Assembly (NCBI GenBank): GCA_958009085.1
Contig: OY253673.1
Location: 1,054,001-1,118,000, forward strand
DNA from: Protoeuglena noctilucae
Lineage: Eukaryota
Length of the DNA: 64,000 nucleotides
Reading direction: 5' to 3'
The notes below the pieces were generated by a model. The model was not told the origin of the DNA. It saw only the letters and a list, made by a program, of their open reading frames with translations, and ran no database searches. Below are positions 39,126-51,000 of the stretch, one piece after another. Within the stretch, counting starts at the first letter, position 1. Every line of letters starts with the position of its first letter. The translations under genes and the position numbers were made by a program.

Positions 39126-39956
39126 GCACCTGTGTAATAGAGACTTGGTCGCGGACTCTGCGCAACCAGCATCTTGAATCGCTCACGAACCGTGCTTGGG
39201 TTGCTCGCGATGCTCGAGGCGGACGTCGCGGCCCCCGGCGCCCTGCGCGCGGCAAAAGAGAGCTTGCCGGGATCACCCGCGTCACCTGCAACTACCAGTC
39301 GACTGTTGGCATGCGCGTCGAGCCTTTTAAAAACGACAGAACGGTCATCGCGGAGGAACATCCGTGTTGTCGACAGCCGTGGGTATGGAGGAGCGTGCCG
39401 TCACGTGGCGACACCTTCTCGCCTCCCCCCGTGATGGCGCGCTCACATGGGACTCACTCCCCCCGTCGCGATGCCCTGGCCCATCCCGGGCGTCGCGACG
39501 GCGTCGACGGCGGGGTGCATCGTGGCTGGCCTCACTGCCTACGCCGCCTTCGACTCTTCGGCGACCGCCACCATCCGTGAACGAGTCTTTATCCCTCGAC
39601 GCGATGACTTCGTGACTATCGCGTCCACGCAGCCGCTCTGCAGTCAAAGCACCCTTCGTTCGCTGTCGTTCAAGTCCCCTGGCCGGCAGATGTGCGGCAC
39701 CTGGGACACTCGCGGCGTGATGAGCACATCGCGACGCGGAGATGGCATATAAGCGTACGGTACGTGGTGCCAGTGGTGGCTAGACTGCGCCAGAGCTGCG
39801 TGTCGTGCTGAGTACGGGAGGTCCCTAAATCTAAGACGATGATAGACAACAGAAGCTGCCTAACCACTGAGAGCTACGCGGGCCTCGCACTGGAGGTAGT
39901 GAACCATGATAGGCACCCAGTGCTGGTGCTTCGGGGTCTGCGAATCGTCTGGGGCC

Positions 39957-42900
39957 TCAGTCCCAGTCGAGGTGCCATGTGGCCCGGGACGCCGCCCAGA
40001 AATGGCGGCAGGTGAAGACGAGGAGGTCTCTCTCCGCGGGGGAGCAGTTGAGGGCCACCACGGAGCCCTGCGTCCGGGGTCGTGGGGCGCAGGGTGGGCC
40101 CAGCTGCACGCTGCACCTGCTGCGTCTGCAGCTCTCTGCGCAGTTTCGCGCGCTTCCCGCACCTGCTGCAGCTGCAGGACGACCGCGTCGGGCTTCCCGG
40201 GCACCAGGAGCGCCTTGAAGTCCTGTCTCCACTTGTCCTTCACCTCCGTGGCCGATCCCTTGATTTTGATGCGGTCGGGAGCCAGGACCAGGTGGCAGCG
40301 GTACGACTCCCCGTTGCGCCCGCGGACCTGCGCAGTTCGAAACGATAGCGATGAGGAAGTGGTCAAGCAAGTCCGCGCCGCTCCTTGCTAACAACCGAGA
40401 TAACCCCTCGGGAGTGCTTGCATTCACTCCGGCCCAGTCTCTCCTAACACCCTGACGCAACGCCAGTCCCTGCCCGCTCCGCGAGTCCTCGCCTTGATGG
40501 GGAATGTGGCGTTGCGGTCGTGCGCGATGGTGGCCAGCACAGCTGCAGCGTCCGCGTCCAGCTGCACCGCCTCCGGGTGCCACGCCAGCACCTCCACGAA
40601 GCTCCCAGGGAACGAAACGCGGGCTCCCACGCGCCGACCGACGTCGTCCGCGGTCGGGATGTACCTGCAGCGAAAGGCAAACAGCAACATTTGTGCAGTG
40701 AACGGCAGCGCCTGCAGTTGTCCTTTTCGCGATATGTTACACGCCACATACACCACAATCGCCATGGTCGTTACAGAAAGCCCTCCCTCGTCACTACTCA
40801 CCGCTTTCCCGTGGCCTCGTCGATCTCCACCTCCCGGGAGCGCCTCCCGATCCCCTCCCGCACCCACTGCACCACGCACTGCGGGCCCTGCGCCACCCCG
40901 GCCCCTCCCACCGTGCTCTGACGCGACCGCAGCACCCGGTCCCCGTGCATGTACGCCCCCTCTATCTCCTCCTCCCGCCCGCTCACGGAGGCCGCGCTCT
41001 GCGGCCGGCCCTCGTAGGCGTGCGTGAAACGGCCGCTCTCTGACGCCGACACGGACGCCGAGGGCGGACGCTGCCGGGAGCTCCCGTGCCGCACCACCCT
41101 GCCCCGCCCGTCGTCGCCACCCCCGTCACCCGCCTCTGGTACCACGCGCCTCCCCACATGCCCCGCATCGACACTGGCATCGACATTTGCTGCCCCGTCA
41201 GAGTCGTCGTTTCCTGACTCGGGGATCGCGGGCATGGCGCCGTTGGGTTCCGGTGCCACGCGAGCCCTGCCCTTGCCCCAGGCGCCCGGCTCTGTGTGCG
41301 ATGACGCAGTGGGCCCCAAGATGCGTTTGAGTGTGACGCGATTCGCACTCCTCTGCCACCAGTTCTGCTTCCACCAGTCCCGGGACAGCGCGGCGGTGCG
41401 GTCGACGGGGAGGCGAGGCGTCATTCCGCATACTGTGGGTGCGACGGGCGGGCATTGCACGATAAGAGCGGGTGGCATGGCGAGTTGGACAGCACACACT
41501 GCGCACTTACGCCCGTCGCATGCGCGTCCAGACACGACACCACATTCACATAGCAAGAAACATGGATGCGTTCCTTCATATGTCCTTCTCATAGCAGGCT
41601 CACTCACCGTACACCCCCATGCGAGACGTCGTGTCGTGCCCCCCCCGCACCTCCACCTCCACCCGCTGCCCCGCCAGCGCCGACAGCAGCCGCACCGTGC
41701 GCTGGTAGCCTCCCTCCTCACTGAACCCACCGCACAGCAGCACCTCCAGCCCGCGCGCCGCCATGGAGTGACCCGCAGCTGCGACGGGGCGCAGCTGCAC
41801 CGCAAGCGCCACGGCCTTCACCCTCACATCCCCCATGGCCCCGTCCCGGCCCTCTCGCTTCGACCCGCGCGCGCTCAGCTCCCCCGCTCCGTTCGCCTCC
41901 CTCCGGGCCCCATCCTCTCCACTGTCGCCGTTTGCACTCGCCTCCCCGCCCCTCCCGCCCCATGCCTCCGGCAGCCCCGACAGCCCTCCCGCCGTCAGCC
42001 CCAGGTCCACTCGGACCCACGAGAAGGTCTCCAAGTCCAATAACCACAAATCGTTGAGCTCCTCCTCCCCCGAATGGCCACCATGCACGACCATGCACCT
42101 GCGGTGGGGGTGGATGTTAGCATGGGTAGTAAGTGTTTGACACAGACACCAACAAAATTATGAGTCGTGCAAAGCCCCACAGGGGCATCCTGAGTGATGG
42201 AGGGGCACAAGTCATATTGGGTAAGCGTGGGCGCAACATATTGCGACATGCGTCGCCGCATCGCTGCTCCCTCACTGCTTGACGGGTGCACATGCGGCGG
42301 ACATGCGGCCGCACGGCCCTGCCCCGTGGGTCTGGATGCGGGACCAGGTGAAGGTGCCATCGCCCACCATCACGTACGAGACCTGGAGATGGCAAGTGGG
42401 GTGGGAATGGGGCCGTCATGATGCGAGGGGTGGTGGCAAGGAGGGAAGAGCTTGGATGTATGGTGCAACAGCAAGATCCATTCATGCACTTCCTCTCATT
42501 CAACCCAATCCATCCCCATGACCCATCCCACTCTCACCTCATCTGTCACATCTCCATCCACCATGCCCCCAAACAGCACCAGGGCGTCGGAGTGCACGGG
42601 GGACGGCACGCAGCACGCCGCCGACCGCGTCAAGGGAGCGGGGCACGACTCGGGCTCCAAAGGCTGCCACAGATAACTGTCCACGTGGTACACTGCGGTC
42701 AGGGTCACGCCGAGTCAGGTGGCGGGGAGCAGAGTGGAGGGCTCTGCATACGTATCACCCATCCCATTCCTGCCCCACCCGCCACTCACCCCACACGTCG
42801 CTCAGCTCCTCCCCGTCCGGCCCCAGCCCCCCCACGAGCACGACCCTCTCCCCCTCGCCGTCTGCCGCGTCGAGCATCGCGCTGCAGTGGTGGCTGCGCG

Positions 42901-45900
42901 GTGGGGGCGCCTGCCTCCCAGGCAAGGGCATGCTCATGTACCGGAAACCAGTGCCAGAAACCTCCACGATTCCCACGAACTCCTCCTGAGCCAGGGCCTC
43001 CTGGTCGGGACCAGATATGCCGCCGAACAGAAGCACGGCGCTGGTGCCCACCGCATGCGCCGTGAAGTACGCGCGATTGGGTGCGCTGCCGGACGTGCTC
43101 TGATCGCCGCCGTGGCTCAGAGGCACCGCGGAGTTGTCGCAAAAGGCGATGCGCTCCACTCTGCGGGGGGGGAGAGGGCGACGGGGGGTCGACGGCAGGT
43201 GCGGGCGTGGACACGTATGAGTTCGAACACAGTAAGTGTACTCGTAGTTAAGTTTAGGTGTTAATGTGTGCACAAGGCACAAGGTCGATCATTGCTTGTA
43301 CAACTTTCACCCACACAACCCCACACAACCCCCAACCCCCTCGCCTGAGCAGCTTGGCGCGATCGGCGTTGTCACCGCCCAGACTGAGCGTCCGCCCATC
43401 CCCGAGCGTCACCACCACGTTGCCCGCCACAGGGCGCGACAGGGGCGGTCCCAGGGCCCAGTCATGCATCGGGCCCTCCCACTCTCTCTTCACATCCTCC
43501 GCGCCCATCTCGCAACTCAGCAGCTCCTCCCACTCCCCCACCAGCCACGCGCCCATCTCTGACACCTCCCCGCCCACGGCCTCCTCCCGCGAAACCCCCT
43601 CCGCCGTGCCCACCCGGACGCTCCCCGGCCGGCGCGCGCTCCGCTCCCGCTCCCGCAGTGACCCCCCGCCCGCAAACACCCCGCCCCGCCGCATCCCCAC
43701 CTCGCCCACCTCCCCGTCCCCTTCCTCGCCCTGCCCCTCCGCCCCGCCCCCCACCCACCCATGCATCGCCAGCATCGCAGGCATCCCTGCAGGTGCTGCC
43801 CCACCCCCTTCCCTCATAGACTGTGACCTGCTGACGGTCCCAAACAGCCCCCGCGACCCTGCATCAAGGTACCCCGCTTCCACCGCGCCCCCCTCTCCGT
43901 CTCCCTCCGCCTCCCGTTCCCTCGCCACCGCCTCCTCGGCCCCGCCGGCCTGCACCAGGCCGCTAGCCTGCACATCCGGTCTGGCTAAGCGACCCGACTC
44001 TACCGCAGCCACTGCTGCCGCCTCCTCTCTCCTCTCCCTGCTCCGTGCTGCACGCTCCTCGTCCTCTTTCCCCAGCTCCCGCCGCAGATCCGCCAGCACC
44101 TCCGCCACCGGCCGCGCCCGGCCCTTGGGAAGGTGGGACTGCAGGCCGTCACCGGGCGCGATTGATGTGTCGTTAGCTCTCTCGCCACCCACGTCGGGGA
44201 CAGACGCGCTCGTCTCCACCGTCTCCACCGCATCTCGCGTCCCATTCGCAGCCTCGATCTCTGTAACGAAAGCACCCTCAGCAACACCCTCAGTGACACC
44301 CGTGTCGCCATCCGCCATCGCCTCCCCCCGCGCGGCCCAGGCACGCGACGACGCCTGGCGCAGCAGCTCCAGCGCCTTCTTTCGCGGCTCCTCGATCCGC
44401 TTGCGAGCATCAGCCACACCCTTGTGCCCATCAACCCCACCTCCCACACCCTCGCCCTCCCCCACCTCGCCCAGCCCCTCCGCCCCTCCCACAGCACCCT
44501 CGTCCTCCCTCTCCTCCTCCTCAGCGTCTCTGTCACCATTACCCTCTCCCTCTTGATCGATGTCGAATGCCCGCACTGGTGACTGGTCCTCACCCTCCCC
44601 ACCACCCCCGTAGGCGTGCTTGTAATATGCATCCTCAGCAGAGCCCTCATAGCCCTCTGGGTAACCTCCCTGCTCTCCCATGCCCCCGTCACCCGCAGCT
44701 CGGCCCCAGGCCTCGCCGCCCGCCCCCCCGTCCGCGCCCCTCGCCACCCCACCACCGATCCCCATCTCCAGCGCCCGGTCCAGCGCCACCCGCCGGGGCT
44801 GACTCCGCTTCCTCTCCAATGCCCCACGGTCGACTCCTACCTCCCCCGCACCCTGCAGCGATGCCGCCACATCTGCCGACGCCCCCGCTGCCCCCGGCCC
44901 CACTGCGCTATCGTCCCCACCCATGCCCTCTCCATCCCCACGTTCTGTATCCTCATCCAAACCTTCTGCATCATCCCCAACATCCCCTGCACCCCCTATG
45001 CCCTCCATTACCTCAACTGGCTCAAATGTCGCACCCTGTGGCAACCCCACCTCTCCAACAACCCCCTCGCCCCTGTGCCCCATTCCAGCAATCTCCACAT
45101 CGTCATCCCTTCCACCCGCACTGACACCCGCATTCTCTGCCACCCACCCCTCCCCAGGCGCCCCTCCCACCCCCGCGCCATCGCCCTTCGCTCCCACCAC
45201 ACCCCGCCCCGCCTCTCCAGGCCCAGATGCACCGTCTGCGTCGTTCCTCGGCTTCCGCCCGCCCCAGCTCCCCGACAGCTCCACTCGGATCGCCTCTGCT
45301 TTGTCGAGGGCCACATGCCGTGGCTCCCCCATCACCTGCAGCCCCTGCCGCTCCGATGCCGGTGCCGGCACTGCCGGTGCGCTTTCTGTATCTTCCATGC
45401 CTCCGTCCGCCCCAGGGGAAAAGGCCTGCACTGGGTCCGAGGTGGTTTCTGGCGCGCCGGCCTGACCGGAGTCGGGCGACGGCCGCGCCAGGGCCGCGTC
45501 AGGCCCCGCGGCCTCCCCCGCCGCCGCGCCGCGTGTTTCGTCGCCCGCCGCCCAGCCCTCCGCGGGGCCCGCGTCCCTGCGCGGCGCCTCTGACACACGG
45601 GGCTCTGGCGTGGCCCTGAGTCGGCCGGGGGGCGTGGCTGCCAGGTCCGCCCCGTCCGGCTGCGACGCCGCGGAAGCGCGGGACGGCAGAGAGGCGCGCT
45701 GGCTGTCCACGGAGCTCCTCGGCAGCGACGCCGCCAACGACCCCAGCGGCAGGGGGCTGCCCGGCGAGCCTGCGGGCAAGGCACAGCTACACTCTCAGAG
45801 CCACGCCTTTACCCTGCGCGCCTCGCTTGATCAGATGTGCTGTATATAGCCCCAATTGTTTGGGTTCGAGATTTTGGCGCTGCAGAGAAGCGTGGTTCGC

Positions 45901-47457
45901 AGGCAGGCACGTGCAGGCACCGCTCACTTGCCGATGCCGCACTCCTGCGCACGGCAGCGTCCGCGCTCTCCCGCGCCTCCCCGCCGGCAGCGCGGACGCC
46001 ACGGTCGGACTGCCGGCTGCGTCGGCCCAGCGTCACCGCCGACTCCTCCTGCCGCAGCTCAATCACCGCATTGTCGTCCAAACTCTCCCGAACGACCACA
46101 GAGGCGTCGTTAATTCCAAAAGCAGCGTCCTTGACATTCTGATCCAAACTCGCAACCTCCACGGAGCCCCGGCGGTCGGGGCTTACGCTGTTGCCTGGGT
46201 GACTGCCGGTGCCGCTCGGCATAGCGTCTGTTGTAGCATGGCCGTCTGCATCGGCCGCACCGTCCGTTGGGCCCGCGCCCGGCAGACGGCGGCGGGCGGG
46301 GCGCTTGTAGGAGACGGCACTGCGGGGACAGGAGAGCAGGGGGCTGAGGGGTCTAGAAAGAGGTGGGCGTTGGTGCTGATAAGCAGGGGTCCGGCAAACA
46401 GTGTAGTGGGATCAGAGCACGTTGTGAAAACAGCTCCTTGTCGGTTTGAGTCACAGCGACATTCCGCGCGAGCTCACCGAGGCTGGGAGTCGGGGCGAGG
46501 CACCGCGGCCCTCTCCGCCACCCCCGTCCCCATAACGTGCTCTCCCGGCTGCAGCTGGGGCGGGGGCGGGGGCGCCGAGGGCTCTGCGTCCGCGACGACG
46601 CCGGGGAGCTCCCCGGAGGACATTCGGTTCGAATCCCCGCCGCTCCGGTCGCTGCCCCGGGACCTCTGGGCACGGAGCTTCCCTTTAAGGAACTCCAGCA
46701 CAGGGCTGGCCTCCTGCTTAGCGCCCCTGGCGCCCGTGTCAATCGCGGAGCCCGCGCGGCTCGCGCGACGGGAGTTGCTCCGCGACGAGTGCGGGGCCTG
46801 CGAAGCCGCGGGGTCGTCTTGGGGAGGGGCAAAGGTTGACACGCCCGTTGTGGGGGACGCCATCACGACCCCTTTGCCCGGGCGGGCCGCCGACTCGGGC
46901 GGGGAGTTCCACGGCCGCGATGCCGTGACGAGACCCTGGCCGTTGGGGTCCATGTACACGACGCGCGTCCGCTCGGGGGTAGAAGGCGAGTGGCGCGCGG
47001 TCACGTCAGTGGGCTGGGGCCCCGCGGGGCTCTCGCCGCCTGCCGCTGAGCGCGGACGGTCGGAGTTGGAGACGGTGGCATCGCGGGATGCCGGACGACT
47101 CGGGCCAGACGGCGGGCGGCGCGCGGGGGGCTGGCCCGGGGGCGGGGGTGGCACGCGGTCCTGCGAGAGGGTGGAGCGGGTGAATGGATGCATGGCAGCA
47201 TTCAGCGATGTCGACATTGATTTCTGCTACTGATGCGACGCCGAGGGGGGACAGGGAGAGCCGGATACGTGGGAAATCAGTTGCGCATGCATGTTGCCCC
47301 TCGCCTTGTCGCTGTCATCGACCGACTCGATCTTCTTGCCCAGCCTGCGCTTCAGCAGCGTTCGAATAGCGTTGGCTCGCGAAGGTCGCTCGTTCTCGGG
47401 CATGCCCGGCGGGACTGGGGCGTCACCATCGCCAGGCCCAGCCATCTTGGCCATCAT
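39957..47457 (-). CDS. Large protein: acidic/low-complexity N-terminus, Kelch beta-propeller, C-terminal Ig-like plus PH-like module
   Basis: Kelch blades: VLLFGG, PPRSHHCS..VVLVGG..ELSDVW, LVLFGG, VVHGGHSGEEELNDLWLLDLETFSW, GHSM..LLCGG. C-terminal YIPTADDVGRRV and DRIKIK..ERDLLVFTCRHFW*. Exons join in frame, with GC-AG introns at 47224-47304 and 43161-43344. Confidence 0.8.
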
Positions 47458-48041
47458 CAGCCATGGCCCGCATGCGTGGCGCGTATCACAGGTGGCGTTT
47501 GTTGGGCACGGTGTGCCAACACAGGCTTCATTCGAAGCAGGAAAGATCCTCTGACAACCTCTGGCGTCACCGATAGGTTCAAACAGTCCCTGGGCCGAGC
47601 TAAGCAGCCGCACAGATCGGCGGCGGAAACCGAGGCGCAGGACGCACGGCACGTGCAGGGCCCGTGGCTCCCCGTGGGTCCCGGGGCCACACCACACTTT
47701 GGACTTAGCCACACGGTGTGTCCCGCCCCCTTCGCGTGGTGAGAGTGGAGCCTGACGCATATTTACTGATTCAACTGCGTGTTTGCACAGCGGCGGGTCC
47801 CGCCGCGCAGCCGAGAGGCGCGGAGGGCCCAGCGTGCCGGCATCGGCACACAGCCTCTTTCGAATTGCCGGGGGCATCTCAGGGGTGGCAAGGGATTGCA
47901 TTCATGGTATTCTTCGCATCCTCGCCGCGCGAAATTGGCCTCAACGCTGCCGCTGCCCGCCCTCGCAGGCCCCACTGTGCTGTGCGCCCTCCTGTGCACC
48001 GAGTGGCCGACGGCTGTGGACTCGACGCCATTGCTGGCTGC

Positions 48042-51000
48042 ATGGTGGTCATCAAGGTGAGGATCGTGGGGCCCGCCGATTCTCCCGTCCTCTGCCTTGA
48101 GCTGGATATGTGTTTTGAACATCCAGCCACTCCTCGTATGCCATTTGCGATTGATGACCCGCCCACGTCCTCGTGTCCGCTGTCGTGCGCAGCCAGCGAG
48201 CGCGGCGCGTCGCCTGCGCAGCAGCACACACGCTCTTTCCATTTCATCCCTCGTCCCACGCTTTGCTCGCGGCTGCCCGGCGTCTTCGCCCTGCCAATTC
48301 ACCGCCGTGTGTTGTATACCATCGCAGGGAGCGGATGGTGTCCAAGTCGGGCCCGAATTCCCCGGCCCTGGCTCCATCGGGCGTCCCGACGACCTCCATG
48401 GAAGCACACGCGTCTCCAAGCGCGGCGAGGCGCAGCGGAAGCGGAGGCAGGCTCTCGAAGAAATAAGCGGCAATGCAGGTGAGTCGCCGGGCTTGGTCGC
48501 GGCCCAGCGGTGCGCCGTGAGTGAGTGACTGCATGTAGCAACCACGTTCATACCGCACCATCCCCGCACTCGTCGCAGGGGCCGAGCTGGACGACGACGC
48601 GCAGCAGCGCGAGATCATGGCGATCATTGCGGAGGAAGAGGCGGCCCTCGCGCGGCGCGGGCCCGCGAAGAAGAAGCAGAGGGTGAGCGACATTGGTGGC
48701 AACAAAGCCTGAGCTTTCGCTACTATCTACGTCGTATCTATCTGTGTCCAACTGCGACCCGCTCGTTGCCTCGCGTTCAGGTGGAGCCGGAGGCGATTCC
48801 CCGGCCGCTGGCGGCGGGCAGCTTCGCCCCGGGCGTGGAGCGCGGGGTGGCGGGGCAAATTTACCGCCTCTCCCTGCGCAACTTCATGTGCCACGAGAAC
48901 CTGAGCGTCGAGTTCAATCGCCACGTCAACGTCATTTCCGGCACCAACGGATCCGGCAAGTCGGCCATGCTGCAGGCCCTGCAGCTGACCATGGGGGCCA
49001 AGGCAAAGGACACCGGTCGCGCTGGGGCCGCGGCACAGCTCGTGCGCACCGGGTGCAACGCCGCTGTGCTCAACGGTGAGTGCAGAAGACTTGCTAGGTA
49101 GCTGCAGGGCTTACTTGCGAGCAGCTGTGGGGGCAGCTGTGTCGATGCGAGGCATGCGCTGCTGCAGTTTCGTGGCCTTGGATACCCCACACAGGCTAGC
49201 TGCACACCAGATGCCGGCGCACAATGATGCTGAGCATTACTACCATTTGACGCCGTGGTGAAACCCTTTGTTTGACATAGTGTGTGTAGGCCTACAGTGG
49301 CATGCCTGACGTCGCCCCTCCATGCGCCCACCCCATGCAGTGTGGATGTGGAACACGGGTCCCGGCGCCTACCTCCCCGAGCTTTTCGGCGAGTGCATCG
49401 AGATCCAGCGCATCATCAAAGCCACGGGTAGCGGGGGCGTCAATGCTGTGCTTCTGAGAAACACCGCGGGGGCGGTGGTGCGCAAGGGCGCGAAGTCCCT
49501 TGACGAGCTGCTGGACTACATGGGCGTGGACGCCAGCAACCCGGTGAACGTGCTGACGCAGGACGCGGCGAGGTCCTTCCTCAGGTGACGGCTGATAGCT
49601 GAGAGGGGTTGGGCGTGAGTGCGGTGGAAGGGGGTGGGCGGTGGGGGCGGCAATGGCCACTGCCCCACCACCCTGTTCTCCCTTCTTGCTCTGCTTTCTT
49701 GCCGCTACTAGCCTGTTATCACTCACCACCTGCCAGTCACCGCCCTCTCGCCACCCACCCTCCCCACCCACCAGTCACCGGTTACCCCAACTCTCCCCCG
49801 CAGCGGCGGCCACACGGGCCGCGACATGTACGACTTCTACATGAAGGCGACGGGCAACGACCACGTCGAGTCCGAGATGACGAAGATCTACGAGATGCTG
49901 CAGGCCATCAAGACCCGGAGAGACGCAGCCAAGGCGCGGCTGGGGGTGCTGCGGGAGCGGCTGGAGCGTGCGAGGGAGCTGGGGCGGGCGCTGGAGATGC
50001 GGCGGGCGCTGGTGGACATCCAAGCTTCGATCCTGGTCCTCGTGACGTGGACGGACTGGTACCAGAGGGAGCAGGACCGTCGCAGGGCGGCCGAGGTGAT
50101 CGCCACGGCGCCATCCGTGGTGGCGCAGCTGCAGGGCGATGCAGACCGTCACGCAAGGGAAGCGGAGGAGTTGGATGGGCAGATGTCGGAGTTGATGGCA
50201 GCGGCGGAGGCCCAGAGCGCGCGTGTGGCGGAGGCCAAGGGGCGGCATGCGGTGGCAGAGCAGGGACTGACGAGGGCCAAAGAGGAGGTGGCCAGGGCCA
50301 GGGCGGAGGAGGAGTCGAAGAGGGGTGAGGGGTTTATGAGTTTGTGGGGGTGGCAGTGGGTGTGGGTGAGGATGTGGGGGTGGCAGTGGGTGAGGATGAT
50401 GGTGCTGGTGTGTGGGTGGCAGTGGTTGGTGATAAGGGTGGGGGTGGATAGTCACTTAAAACTTAGTAAGGATGCGTCAAGTCGTCCCCTCCTGTTCCCT
50501 CCCCAGCCGACTGCGCCCAGCTCGAGGCGGCGATAGAGGAGATGGGCTCCGCGTCGACCAAGGCCAGGGAGGTGATGACGCAGCAGCACTCAGAGACGCA
50601 GGCCATCCAGGACCAAGTGGCGGAGACGCAGAGGAACAGCGACCATTTGAGGTGTGGCGATACTGGGGCAGGGGGGAACAGGGTGGTAACGAGGGAGACA
50701 GGGTGGTTGATTTTGTTGATGCAGAGACCAGCTCACACCACATCAAGCTTGTTCGTGAACTTCTCGCCTTGCTGAGCCCGTCTGTTACCTCCCACCAACC
50801 CCGCCACCCCCCCAGATCCAAGGCGGACGCCCTCCGCGCCCTTCTCGACGAAACCACGCGCGCCAAGGCCGATCGGATGCAGGAGCTCCAACGCACCAGG
50901 CACAAAGTCAACGCGGCACGCGGCACGCTGGACCGCCACTCCGTGCACCTGCAGCGGCTGCGTGCGAGCGCCCACGACCGAGCGGCGCTGTTCGGGGGCC

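Noticed and set aside
39364..39752. Short + strand ORFs between the Kelch gene and KNL2
   Set aside because: No recognisable motif or clear codon bias. The region more likely holds KNL2 5' exons or promoter.
39717..39811. GTGATGA ... CTGA pair resembling a box C/D snoRNA
   Set aside because: No convincing terminal stem or recognisable guide, and it is antisense to both neighbouring genes.
43258..47233. Long + strand ORFs (432 aa, 325 aa, 468 aa)
   Set aside because: They lie antisense to the Kelch-gene exons, are low-complexity and have no supporting splice structure.
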